This document shows positions 29,900 through 38,121 of a stretch of DNA of 64,000 bases, piece after piece (within the stretch, counting starts at the first letter, position 1; each line of letters opens with the position of its first letter). Location: assembly GCA_965250285.1 (NCBI GenBank), contig OZ252299.1, positions 595,825 to 659,824 of the forward strand, given 5' to 3'. The notes under the pieces are model-generated. The model ran no database searches and was not told the origin of the DNA. It was given only the letters and a program-made list of their open reading frames with translations. Origin of the DNA: Myxococcota bacterium (GTDB lineage: Bacteria; Myxococcota_A; UBA9160; UBA4427). The translations under genes and the position numbers were made by a program.

Positions 29900-30402
29900 T
29901 GGCGACCGTCGTGAGCGTGTTCGAGCTGCCGAGCAACACCGCTTCGGCAATCCGCAAGCTGAAGGCCCGTGGCTTCGACGAGCTGACGAGCTACGCGCCG
30001 GCTCCGTTCGAGGAGATCGAGCTCGCGGAGAACCCCAAGCCCTCGGGTGTGCGCACCTGGACGCTGATTGGTGGCCTGACCGGCGTAAGCCTCGGCTTCC
30101 TGATGCAGATCTGGATGTCACTCGAGTGGCCGCTGAAGATCGCGGGCAAGGCGTACGCGTCGATCCCGCCCTACGTGATCATCGGCTTCGAGCTGACGAT
30201 CCTCTTCAGCGGCATCCTGACCCTGGTGGGCTTCCTGGTGCACTCGGGTCTCTATCCGCGCGCCGTGGACAAGCACTACAGCGCCCGCTTCTCGGCCGAA
30301 GACTTCGGCGTCGTCGTCGAGGTCGAAGACCGCGACGTGGCCGAGGTCGAGGCGCTGATGCGCAGCGAGCAAGCGAAGGAGGTGTCCGTTGTCGCGCACT
30401 GA
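29899..30402 (+). CDS. actD: Alternative complex III ActD (DUF3341)
   Basis: Two TM helices; WPLKIAGK...IPPYVIIGFELTIL; coupled to actC by TGATG. Confidence 0.88.
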   Translation: MATVVSVFELPSNTASAIRKLKARGFDELTSYAPAPFEEIELAENPKPSGVRTWTLIGGLTGVSLGFLMQIWMSLEWPLKIAGKAYASIPPYVIIGFELTILFSGILTLVGFLVHSGLYPRAVDKHYSARFSAEDFGVVVEVEDRDVAEVEALMRSEQAKEVSVVAH

Positions 30403-30967
30403 TCGCACCCTTCGGCAGGCCCTCGCCTTCGCCGTGCTTCTGAGCGTCAGCCTCTCGGTGGGCTGCTGGGAGCAGGTGAGCGCCGAGTGGTTCCCGCAGA
30501 TGAAGCGCCAGCTCGCCGTGCAGGCCTTCGAGTACGACCCCTACGTGCCTGATGGTGAGCAGCTCACACCGCCCGCCGGCACCGTCGCGGTCGGCAACCC
30601 GTACCCCGACCTGGCGGTCCTCACGACGGCCGAGCAGGACGCCATCCCGAACCCGGTCTCGCCCTCGCTCGCCAGCCTGAAGCGCGGCGAAGAGGTCTAC
30701 AACCAGACCTGCGCCACGTGCCACGGCATGACCGGCGGTGGCGACGGCCCGGTGGCGGGTCCGCCCTTCGGTCAGGGCCCCTTCGGACTCGTACTGCCCA
30801 TCGGCGGTCAGATGAGCGTCGCGAAGGCGCTCACCGACGGTCACATCTACGCCACGATGACCCTCGGCCGAGGTCGCATGCCTTCGTACCGGAGGCTGAC
30901 GCCCGAGGATCGCTGGAACGTGGTCAACTACGTCCGTGACCTGAACGGTCAGGGAGGTCGACAGTGA
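30389..30967 (+). CDS. actE: Alternative complex III ActE monoheme cytochrome c lipoprotein
   Basis: Lipobox SVGC, single CATCH, GRMPSY, EDRWNVVNYVR; TTG start after AAGGAGGT. Confidence 0.88.
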   Translation: MSRTDRTLRQALAFAVLLSVSLSVGCWEQVSAEWFPQMKRQLAVQAFEYDPYVPDGEQLTPPAGTVAVGNPYPDLAVLTTAEQDAIPNPVSPSLASLKRGEEVYNQTCATCHGMTGGGDGPVAGPPFGQGPFGLVLPIGGQMSVAKALTDGHIYATMTLGRGRMPSYRRLTPEDRWNVVNYVRDLNGQGGRQ

Positions 30968-32286
30968 GTGCTCCCGCCCTAGCTCCGGAGAAGGCGCTGC
31001 CGCGCGAGCTGCCCATGAACGCCATGTACGTGGCGCTGGGCCTCGTCGGCGTCGGCCTCGCTTCGTTCGTCTTCGGCCTCATCAATCAGCCCGAGCGCGC
31101 CTGGCTCGCCTTCCACGCCAACGTCATCTACTTCACGATGCTCGCGTGCGGTGGGCTGGCGTTGTCGTGCATCTACACCGTCGTGGGCGCGAAGTGGTGT
31201 GGCCCCTACAAGCGCATCGCCGAGTCGATCGGCGCCTTCGTGCCGATCGCGTTCCTGCTCTCGATCGTCGACTTCTTCGGTCGCGAGTACGTCTTCGAGT
31301 GGGTCAAGCACTCGGCCGCCGGCAAGGAGGTGTGGCTCAACACGTTCCGCGTGTACGCCATGGATTTTGCGCTGCTCGGCTCGCTCGCCGTCCTCTCGGT
31401 GATCTACATCCGACAGTCGGTGCGCCCCACGCTCAAGAACCTGGCCGAGACCGGCACGGGCTTCGCCAAGAAGCAGGCAGAAGCCTGGACCGCGAACTGG
31501 CAGGGCGCGGACGCCGAGCGCGCAGCGGCGCCGAACGGCACTCATCCGGGCATCGCCATCGCGATTCTCCTGATCTTCGGCATCGGCATGAGCTTCTGGA
31601 ACTTCGACCAGGTCATGTCGATGGATCAGCTCTGGTTCTCGAACCTCTTCGGAGCGTACGTGAACTGGGGCGGCATTCTCTCGGCCGTGGCCGCGAGCGC
31701 GCTGATCGGCATCCTCAGCCGCAAGACGCCCGTGCTCGGCAGCGAGATCACCGAAGAGCGGCGCCATGACATCGGCAAGATGATGTTCGCGTTCTCGATC
31801 TTCTGGATGTACCTCTTCTTCTCGCAGTACCTCGTGATCTACTACGGCAACCTGCCCGAAGAGACCGAGTTTCTGCGCGATCGCCTGGGCAACCAGTTCT
31901 TGATCGAGAAGGGCTTCAGCCAGTACGCGTTCGCCCAGCAGTGGGCCGACTGGGACTTCCGGTGGTCGCGCCTCGCCAGCGGCTACGGCTGGGTCTCGAT
32001 GGTGATCTGGGCCCTGTGCTGGATCATCCCGTTCTGGGTGCTGCTCGGTCAGGCCCCGAAGAAGTCGCCGCTCATCGCCGGTACCGTCGCGAGCGGCCTG
32101 CTCATCGGCTTCTGGCTCGAGCGCAACGTGCTGACGTGGCCCTCGGTCGTGAAGGGCGACATGACGGCCTTCCTCCAGCCGATCCCGATCGGCATTGCGC
32201 TGGGCTTCGTCGGTGCGTTCCTCGCCGTCCACCTGCTCTACACGCGGGTCTTCCCGACGATCGCGGTGAGCGACAAGGGCGAGTAA
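30964..32286 (+). CDS. actF: Alternative complex III ActF membrane subunit
   Basis: Multi-TM; WFSNLFG, HDIGKMMFAFSIFWMYLFFSQYLVIYYGNLPEET. Confidence 0.9.
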   Translation: MSAPALAPEKALPRELPMNAMYVALGLVGVGLASFVFGLINQPERAWLAFHANVIYFTMLACGGLALSCIYTVVGAKWCGPYKRIAESIGAFVPIAFLLSIVDFFGREYVFEWVKHSAAGKEVWLNTFRVYAMDFALLGSLAVLSVIYIRQSVRPTLKNLAETGTGFAKKQAEAWTANWQGADAERAAAPNGTHPGIAIAILLIFGIGMSFWNFDQVMSMDQLWFSNLFGAYVNWGGILSAVAASALIGILSRKTPVLGSEITEERRHDIGKMMFAFSIFWMYLFFSQYLVIYYGNLPEETEFLRDRLGNQFLIEKGFSQYAFAQQWADWDFRWSRLASGYGWVSMVIWALCWIIPFWVLLGQAPKKSPLIAGTVASGLLIGFWLERNVLTWPSVVKGDMTAFLQPIPIGIALGFVGAFLAVHLLYTRVFPTIAVSDKGE

Positions 32287-32327
32287 GGCGAATCGGGCCC
32301 GGGCTCTCGGGCCACGCAGGAAACCAG

Positions 32328-32367
32328 CGGCGCGATCGGCTCAGGCCGGTCGCGCCGTTCTCGTTCC
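32328..32367 (+). terminator. Probable terminator of the act operon
   Basis: 13-bp stem 32328-32340/32345-32357 (one G-U), loop TCAG, followed by TTCTCGTTCC. Confidence 0.55.
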
Positions 32368-32401
32368 GGGGGGCGTGGGCGCGCGCGCGGCGGACCGCGC
32401 C

Positions 32402-33982
32402 CTACTCGTCGAGATCGAGCCGCGAGTAGGGCGTGATGCTTCGAGACTCACCCGCCGCGATCGCATCGAGCAGGGCCTGGGACTTCGCGCTGATCCCGTT
32501 GCGGTGGGTCGCCACGAAGGCCGGTCGCGCGACGCGCACCGCGTCGTCGCGGCGCCCGAGTAGGATGTAGAGATCGGCGAGCGCGAGCCGGATCGAACGA
32601 TCGCCGGGCACGAGGCGGTGCGCCCCTTCGAGCGTGTCGAGCCCCTTCTCGTGGGGCTCTCCCGGCAAGAGGAATGTCATGCCATACGAGGCGTAGGTCT
32701 CGGGCGTGGGGCCGCCGATCTTGCTCGCTCGCACGAAGTCGCGCCGGGCGCTCTTGAGCAGTCTTCGCCGCGCTTCGGGGTCGGCCGTGCGGGTCGCGCG
32801 GATCGTCGAGGCCTGGCCGCGATCGACGAAGCTGAGTGCGTCCTTTGGGTCGAGCTCTACGGCGCGGTCGAAGAGGGAGTGCGCGAGCTCGTCGTTTCCC
32901 TCGGTGCGCTCGACGGCGGCCAAGCCCGCCACCGCCCGTGCGCTTTCAGGCGCCACGGCGACCGCGTGCTCGAAGAGCCCGCGTGCGCAGGTCAGGTCAT
33001 CGAGCATGAAGCAGAGGCTGCCAAGCCGCTCGGCGACTTCGTTCTCAGGGAGCTGACGCACCGACATCTCTTCGGAGAACTCGAGCGCGCTCAGCTGCAC
33101 GCCGAACAGCTCGAGCTTTGCGCGGCGCCAGTACGCACGCACGGCTCGCTCGGCCTCCCGCAGCGTCGTCCCGAAGTACGTCTCGAACGCTTCTTCGACG
33201 GGAACGCCGTTCTGGGTCGCCTCGATGTACGGACCGAGGCCCTTCTGCATGATCTCGCGTCGCGCGCTGTCGGTGTACCAGTAGTTCACGAAGACCCAGG
33301 CCTGGGCGTAGAACATGCCCTGCTTCTCGGGTCTCCAGGCGGGGTAGTCGACCGGTTCGAGAAACTCGGCCATTGGGATCCAGGCCGAGTACTTCAAGTT
33401 CGAAAGCCGGTGATCAGCCAGGTTTCCCAAAACGACGGCTCTTCTCTTCTCCTGCGCCAGGGCCATGAACTCGGCGAAGCCTTCGTCGAACCACATCGGA
33501 TACACCAGCCCCGACCCGTTTCGGAGCAGCCAGTGCGTGTACTCGTGCTTGAGGATGTTCGACGCGCCCATCGACCGGTCGTCCGATGTGGTCAGCACGT
33601 TCGCACGCAGTCGAGGGATCATGTACCCGACGGTCCGGTCCGAGACGTTGAACGGCCCAAAGCTGGTATTGGCGTTGAACGCATAGATCCAGGTCGGGTG
33701 GCGCGAAGTAAGGTCGTTGCCCTCGATCATCAGGAGCACGGCCGCTCGAAAGACCTCGAGATCGCGCGCTTGGCGACGCGCCCTGGCCTCGCTCTGATCG
33801 GTCCAGATCGTGAAGTGCTCGCTGCGCACCTCGATCCAGCGACGCTTCGCGGCGACGTTGACGGCCGCGGGGGCGCAGCCGCTCGCGACGAGGGCGATCC
33901 CCATGAGCAGGGCGAGGTGGAGGGCGAGCGCGAATCGAGACGAGGTGAGCCGGTGCCGAACCAGCGAGCGCGAACGGTTCAT
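32402..33982 (-). CDS. Lipoprotein with HExxH metallopeptidase-like domain and C-terminal TPR repeats
   Basis: Lipobox ASGC; ILKHEYTH...WFDEGFAEF; TPR-like helices (ARGLFEHAVAVAPES, AHSLFDRAVELDPKD). Confidence 0.75.
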   Translation of the reverse strand: MNRSRSLVRHRLTSSRFALALHLALLMGIALVASGCAPAAVNVAAKRRWIEVRSEHFTIWTDQSEARARRQARDLEVFRAAVLLMIEGNDLTSRHPTWIYAFNANTSFGPFNVSDRTVGYMIPRLRANVLTTSDDRSMGASNILKHEYTHWLLRNGSGLVYPMWFDEGFAEFMALAQEKRRAVVLGNLADHRLSNLKYSAWIPMAEFLEPVDYPAWRPEKQGMFYAQAWVFVNYWYTDSARREIMQKGLGPYIEATQNGVPVEEAFETYFGTTLREAERAVRAYWRRAKLELFGVQLSALEFSEEMSVRQLPENEVAERLGSLCFMLDDLTCARGLFEHAVAVAPESARAVAGLAAVERTEGNDELAHSLFDRAVELDPKDALSFVDRGQASTIRATRTADPEARRRLLKSARRDFVRASKIGGPTPETYASYGMTFLLPGEPHEKGLDTLEGAHRLVPGDRSIRLALADLYILLGRRDDAVRVARPAFVATHRNGISAKSQALLDAIAAGESRSITPYSRLDLDE

Positions 33983-34048
33983 GCCCCGAATCTAACAGGA
34001 CGCGGGGCGGCGCGGTCGACCACCATCGCGCCCGTCATATGTCGCCCG

Positions 34049-35017
34049 CTACAGCTCGTACTCCTCGCCATCCTCGGGCACGATGATCTCGCCGTCGTAC
34101 TCGTTGGCGACGATCGAGCGCACCTGCAGATCGAAGAAGGGCGGCGGGCGCAATCGGATCAGCATGAGCCGAGGTACGCCGGCCTTCGTCGCGTACTGTC
34201 CCACCTCGAGCAGCGGCGTCGAGACCGCGGCCTCGCGCTCGAGGCGCTCCGCGTCGGCGACGACGCCGGCGGGCTCGAGATCTTCGGTCGGGGGGATGTA
34301 GGCGCCGTCGTGCACGAGCAGGTCGGCGCCGCGGGCGAAGTCGATCAGGGTATCGGCGCCCCATCCGGTGCCCGATACCACGACCGTTCGGCCGCTGGCC
34401 TCGAAGCGCCACGCGAGCGCGGGGATCGGGCCGCCGGGCAGGGCGACGGCCGTGAGTAGAACACCGTTCTGGTTTAGCTCGAAGCCGTCTCCGACCTCGA
34501 TGGCCTCGACCCGCGCGCCCTCCGCCGGCAAGCCCAGCGCATCGCCGAGCGCCCCCATCCCGGGCGCCAGGCTGGCCGTGAGCGCCTCGATGGCGGCCTG
34601 CGTGCCCGGCGGTCCATAGACGCGAATCGGGCCGTCTCGGCCGACGAGGAGCCCCGTGTAGATCAGATCCCCGATGCCCAGCAGGTTGTCGGGCATCAGG
34701 GTCGTCAACACGATCGTGCGGGGCTGATCGACCGGAATGCGCGACTTGCGCAGGGCCGGCGCCAGACCCCGCCCGGCGTCGACCAGCCAGATCGACTCGC
34801 CGAGGCCGATGGCCGTCGAGGGGCCAAGGCGTTCGGGGTTCTCGTACTTCCCGCCGGTGCCGACGCTCACGACGGTGAGCCGCTCGAAGTCGCGGGGCTC
34901 GACCAGGCCGACGATCTCGCCGATCTCGGCGGCGCGCCACATGACGAACGCCGCCATCCAGCCGCCGAAGAGCACGACGGCGATCACGACGAGAGCGATG
35001 ACGCGAACGGGAAACAT
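34049..35017 (-). CDS. Membrane-anchored RNase Z/MBL-fold protein with degenerate metal site
   Basis: N-terminal TM; VGTGG, WLVDAGRG, IRVYGPPGT, VVVSGT and LLVHD. The HxHxDH position reads TTLMPDN. Confidence 0.75.
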   Translation of the reverse strand: MFPVRVIALVVIAVVLFGGWMAAFVMWRAAEIGEIVGLVEPRDFERLTVVSVGTGGKYENPERLGPSTAIGLGESIWLVDAGRGLAPALRKSRIPVDQPRTIVLTTLMPDNLLGIGDLIYTGLLVGRDGPIRVYGPPGTQAAIEALTASLAPGMGALGDALGLPAEGARVEAIEVGDGFELNQNGVLLTAVALPGGPIPALAWRFEASGRTVVVSGTGWGADTLIDFARGADLLVHDGAYIPPTEDLEPAGVVADAERLEREAAVSTPLLEVGQYATKAGVPRLMLIRLRPPPFFDLQVRSIVANEYDGEIIVPEDGEEYEL

Positions 35018-35105
35018 CGAGGTGGGCCTCCTGGTCGGCGGCGACGGGCTCGGGCATGCGTCGCCGTCGGTGGCTGCTGGGATCAACCGGGACGAGCCTC
35101 GCGGC

Positions 35106-35999
35106 TCAGTCGAACACCACGGTCTTGTTGTCGTACTCGAGCACCCGACGCTCGAGGTGGGCCCGCACGGCCCGCGCGAGCACGTTGCGCTCGACGTCTC
35201 GGCCCTTGCGCACCAGATCAGACACCGAGTCGCGATGTGACACGCGGATCACGTCCTGATCGATGATCGGTCCTTCGTCGAGATCGGTCGTGGCGTAGTG
35301 CGCGGTGGCGCCGATCAGCTTGACGCCTCGCTCATGGGCCTGGTGATAGGGGCGCCCGCCCTGGAACGCGGGCAGGAACGAGTGATGGATGTTGATGATG
35401 CGGGACGGATGTGCGGCGATGAAATCGGCCGACAGGATTTGCATGTACCGCGCCATCACGATGAGATCGATGCCGTGCTCTTCGATGAGCGCGAGCTGAC
35501 TCGCTTCGGCCTCGGGCTTCGTCGCCTTGGTCACGGGCGTCACCACGTAGGGGATCCCGAACTGCTCGGCGACGGCGCGAAGCGTCTCGTGGTTGCTGAC
35601 GATCAGCGGGATGTCGCAGACGAGCTCGCCCGCGCGGTGGCGCAGCAGCAGGTCGTAGAGACAGTGATCGGTCTTCGAGACGAAGATCGCGACGCGGCTG
35701 CGGTGCGCCTCGTCGTGGAGCGACCAGCTCATGCCGTGCCCCTCGGCGATGGGCTCGAGCGCTCGGCCGATCGCTTCGAGCGGGTCGGGGCTCGCTTCGC
35801 TGGCCCAGTCGAAGCGGATCCGCTGGAAGAACTTGCCCGCGACGACGTCGGTGTGCTGATCGGCATCGAGCAGGTTGACGCCGTGGTCGAAGAGCGTCTG
35901 GGCCAGCACGGCGACCAGGCCCGGGCGGTCGTCGCAGCACACGAGCAGCGTGGCCGTGCGGCGATCGGTCGGCGTGGCATTCGACGAGGCGGCGGTCAA
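35106..35999 (-). CDS. purU: Formyltetrahydrofolate deformylase
   Basis: CDDRPGLVA, VSKTDHCL, SNHETL, LARYMQIL-like MARYMQILS, INIHHSFLPAF, VKLIGATAHY and LDEGPII; TTG start. Confidence 0.95.
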   Translation of the reverse strand: MTAASSNATPTDRRTATLLVCCDDRPGLVAVLAQTLFDHGVNLLDADQHTDVVAGKFFQRIRFDWASEASPDPLEAIGRALEPIAEGHGMSWSLHDEAHRSRVAIFVSKTDHCLYDLLLRHRAGELVCDIPLIVSNHETLRAVAEQFGIPYVVTPVTKATKPEAEASQLALIEEHGIDLIVMARYMQILSADFIAAHPSRIINIHHSFLPAFQGGRPYHQAHERGVKLIGATAHYATTDLDEGPIIDQDVIRVSHRDSVSDLVRKGRDVERNVLARAVRAHLERRVLEYDNKTVVFD

Positions 36000-36332
36000 C
36001 GGACTCTCCGGATGAAGGGGGTGGGGCGCGGGCTGCCTCGGTCGGGCGGCCGATTCTCGATCAGCTTCGTCCAGATCTCCAGGTGTGCGACAAAACCGTG
36101 CCGATTCGTGCGCTTGGAGGTGAAGCTGCAGGTCGTGCTGGATCGCCCCGAAAGCTTCCGGTACTTTGCCGGGGAGGGAATATCACTCATTCCCGAGTCT
36201 CGGGTCCGGCCCCAATGGGGGGTCAGTGCTCGGGGCGGCCTGAAAGGGGCGGACACGGCGCCCACCCTGGACGGGAACCTGGCGAGGATGGGGCCTCGCC
36301 GATTCTCTTCTATGCCGATATGGGAGGTGAGA

Positions 36333-36377
36333 ATGCATCAACGTAGCACTACGGCGAGTGAGGTGGCGGCGTCCTGA
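36333..36377 (+). CDS. Possible 14-aa small ORF (MHQRSTTASEVAAS)
   Basis: Strong SD GGAGGTGA at 36323-36330 before ATG; + strand terminator-like hairpin downstream. Confidence 0.25.
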   Translation: MHQRSTTASEVAAS

Positions 36378-36487
36378 ACGCACGGCTTTCATCGCCAAGT
36401 CCATACCGAGCTTTCGCTTGGTAACGGTGCTGCGCGGGACGCAGGTTCCCAGCGCCGCCGTCCCTGGGGTCGCGGATGTCGTAGCCG

Positions 36488-36524
36488 CTTCGGGGTCTTC
36501 GGACCCGGCCCCGGGGATTTTTGT
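36488..36524 (+). terminator. Orphan + strand intrinsic terminator
   Basis: Stem 36488-36497/36507-36516 (alternative GGGTC-TTCG-GACCC hairpin) followed by ATTTTTGT; both flanking genes are on the minus strand. Confidence 0.5.
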
Positions 36525-36630
36525 GCCCGGCGTCCGACGGGCCGCTCTTCGAGCACGCACACTCGGCGGCCATCGCGCCGACCGTCCGTTCAGCCGGGTC
36601 GGCTGAACGCCGCCAGACCCTGCAACCGGC

Positions 36631-37098
36631 TCAGCCCGACCGGCTGAGCATGCCCAACCAGACGAACCCGGCCGAGACGACGCCGAGCACGGCGCCGGCG
36701 AGGGCGACGCGGCCCGCGATGCGGTGCCGATGGAGATCGCTCGGGCTCGGTGCCGGCGCGTCGGGCGTCGTCGCGAAGAGGCGCGACTTCTTGATTCGCC
36801 CGCCGAGCACCAGCGCGGTGCCGCCGCCGATGAGCATCGCCAGGACGCAGAGCTCGTGGAAGCGCAGCGTCCAGACCGCCGCGCTCGACCACGTATCGAG
36901 ATCCTCGCGGCCGAGCGTCGCGAGCTTGACCACGTACGCGACGAGGAACACCCCGACGAGACTCGCTGCGATCAGCATCGAACGCCGATGTCGCGCGCGC
37001 TCGCCGCGCCTGATCTGCTGGATGCCCGCCACGGCGAAGCCGGTGAGGGCCGCGAAGTTGAGCACCGCGGCCCCCCAGAAGATCACCTTCGCATCCAT
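36631..37098 (-). CDS. DUF420 (CtaM-like) membrane protein
   Basis: Four TM segments; HRRSMLIA, FLVAYV, FHELCV and HRIAGR. Confidence 0.8.
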   Translation of the reverse strand: MDAKVIFWGAAVLNFAALTGFAVAGIQQIRRGERARHRRSMLIAASLVGVFLVAYVVKLATLGREDLDTWSSAAVWTLRFHELCVLAMLIGGGTALVLGGRIKKSRLFATTPDAPAPSPSDLHRHRIAGRVALAGAVLGVVSAGFVWLGMLSRSG

Positions 37099-37319
37099 CG
37101 ATCGGATTCTCCGTGGCGGCCGGCTGAGAGCAGGGGAGGTCGCCGGTCGTCGCGCCGGCGCCGTGGCGGCCGATTCTAGGCAGCTCGCGCGACTCCGGCC
37201 ACGCCTCGACGCAGCGCGCAGCGCGCGATTCGAGCGCCGTATCGAGGGGGCCAGGCACGCGGCCCCGCGCTCGTTCGCACGGGTCGCGCCGCGGCCGCAC
37301 GCCGCGATACGCTCGCGCC

Positions 37320-38066
37320 ATGTCATCGGCCGCTGTCGTGATCCCCGCGCGCTGGGCATCGTCGCGCCTGCCCGGCAAGCCACTCGTCCCGCTGCTCGGT
37401 CGACCGATGATCGAGTGGGTGCATGCGGCCGCCGCGCGCTGCGAGCGCGTGACGCGGGTGGTCGTCGCCACCGACGACGCGCGCATCGCGGCGGCCTGCG
37501 AGGGCTTCGGTGCGCAGGTCGCCTGGACCCGAGCCGATCACCCGAGCGGCAGCGACCGCGTGGCCGAGGTGGCCGACTCGCTCACCGAGGACGTCATCGT
37601 CAACGTGCAGGGCGACGAGCCGCTGCTCGAGCCCCGGCTGCTCGATGCGCTCCTCGACGCGCTCGCGGGCGATCAAGAGGCCCGGGTCGCGACGCTGGTG
37701 ACGCCGGGTGAGCCCGATCGCTTCGAGGATCCGAACTGTGTGAAGGTGCTGCTCGATGCGCGTCGGCGCGCGCTCGTGTTCACGCGCGCGCCGGTGCCCG
37801 CGGTGCGCAAGGGCGAGCCGCCGCCCGAGTTCTGGCACCACGTCGGGCTCTACGCCTACACGCGCGAAGGCCTCTTCGACTTCGTGCGCCGCCCGACGAG
37901 CCCCCTCGAGCGCGCCGAACGCCTCGAGCAGCTGCGCGTGCTCGAAGCGGGTGAGCCGATCGCCGTCGGCTGCGTGCCCGACTGGCGCGGTACGGCCGTC
38001 GACGTGGTGCAGGACGTCGCCCGTGCCGAGGCGGCGCTGCGGCGAGCGGGTCGACTCGAGCCCTGA
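37320..38066 (+). CDS. kdsB: 3-deoxy-manno-octulosonate cytidylyltransferase
   Basis: VIPARWASSRLPGKPL, VATDD, SGSDRVAEV, VNVQGDEP, HVGLYAY and LEQLR. Confidence 0.95.
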   Translation: MSSAAVVIPARWASSRLPGKPLVPLLGRPMIEWVHAAAARCERVTRVVVATDDARIAAACEGFGAQVAWTRADHPSGSDRVAEVADSLTEDVIVNVQGDEPLLEPRLLDALLDALAGDQEARVATLVTPGEPDRFEDPNCVKVLLDARRRALVFTRAPVPAVRKGEPPPEFWHHVGLYAYTREGLFDFVRRPTSPLERAERLEQLRVLEAGEPIAVGCVPDWRGTAVDVVQDVARAEAALRRAGRLEP

Positions 38067-38121
38067 GCCGGTTCGCGATCGAGCGACGTCGTGGACCCGC
38101 ACCGCGCCGGGCCAGCGCGGA

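Noticed and set aside
36160-36530. tmRNA, 6S RNA, SRP RNA, RNase P, ZTP/THF/TPP riboswitch or CsrB-like identity for the purU upstream region
   Set aside because: Diagnostic motifs (T-loop/CCA end, TTGAACC/GGTTCAA, CAGGTCCGGAAGGAAGCAG, GAGGAAAGTCC, CTGAGA) are absent, and GGA frequency is only slightly above chance.
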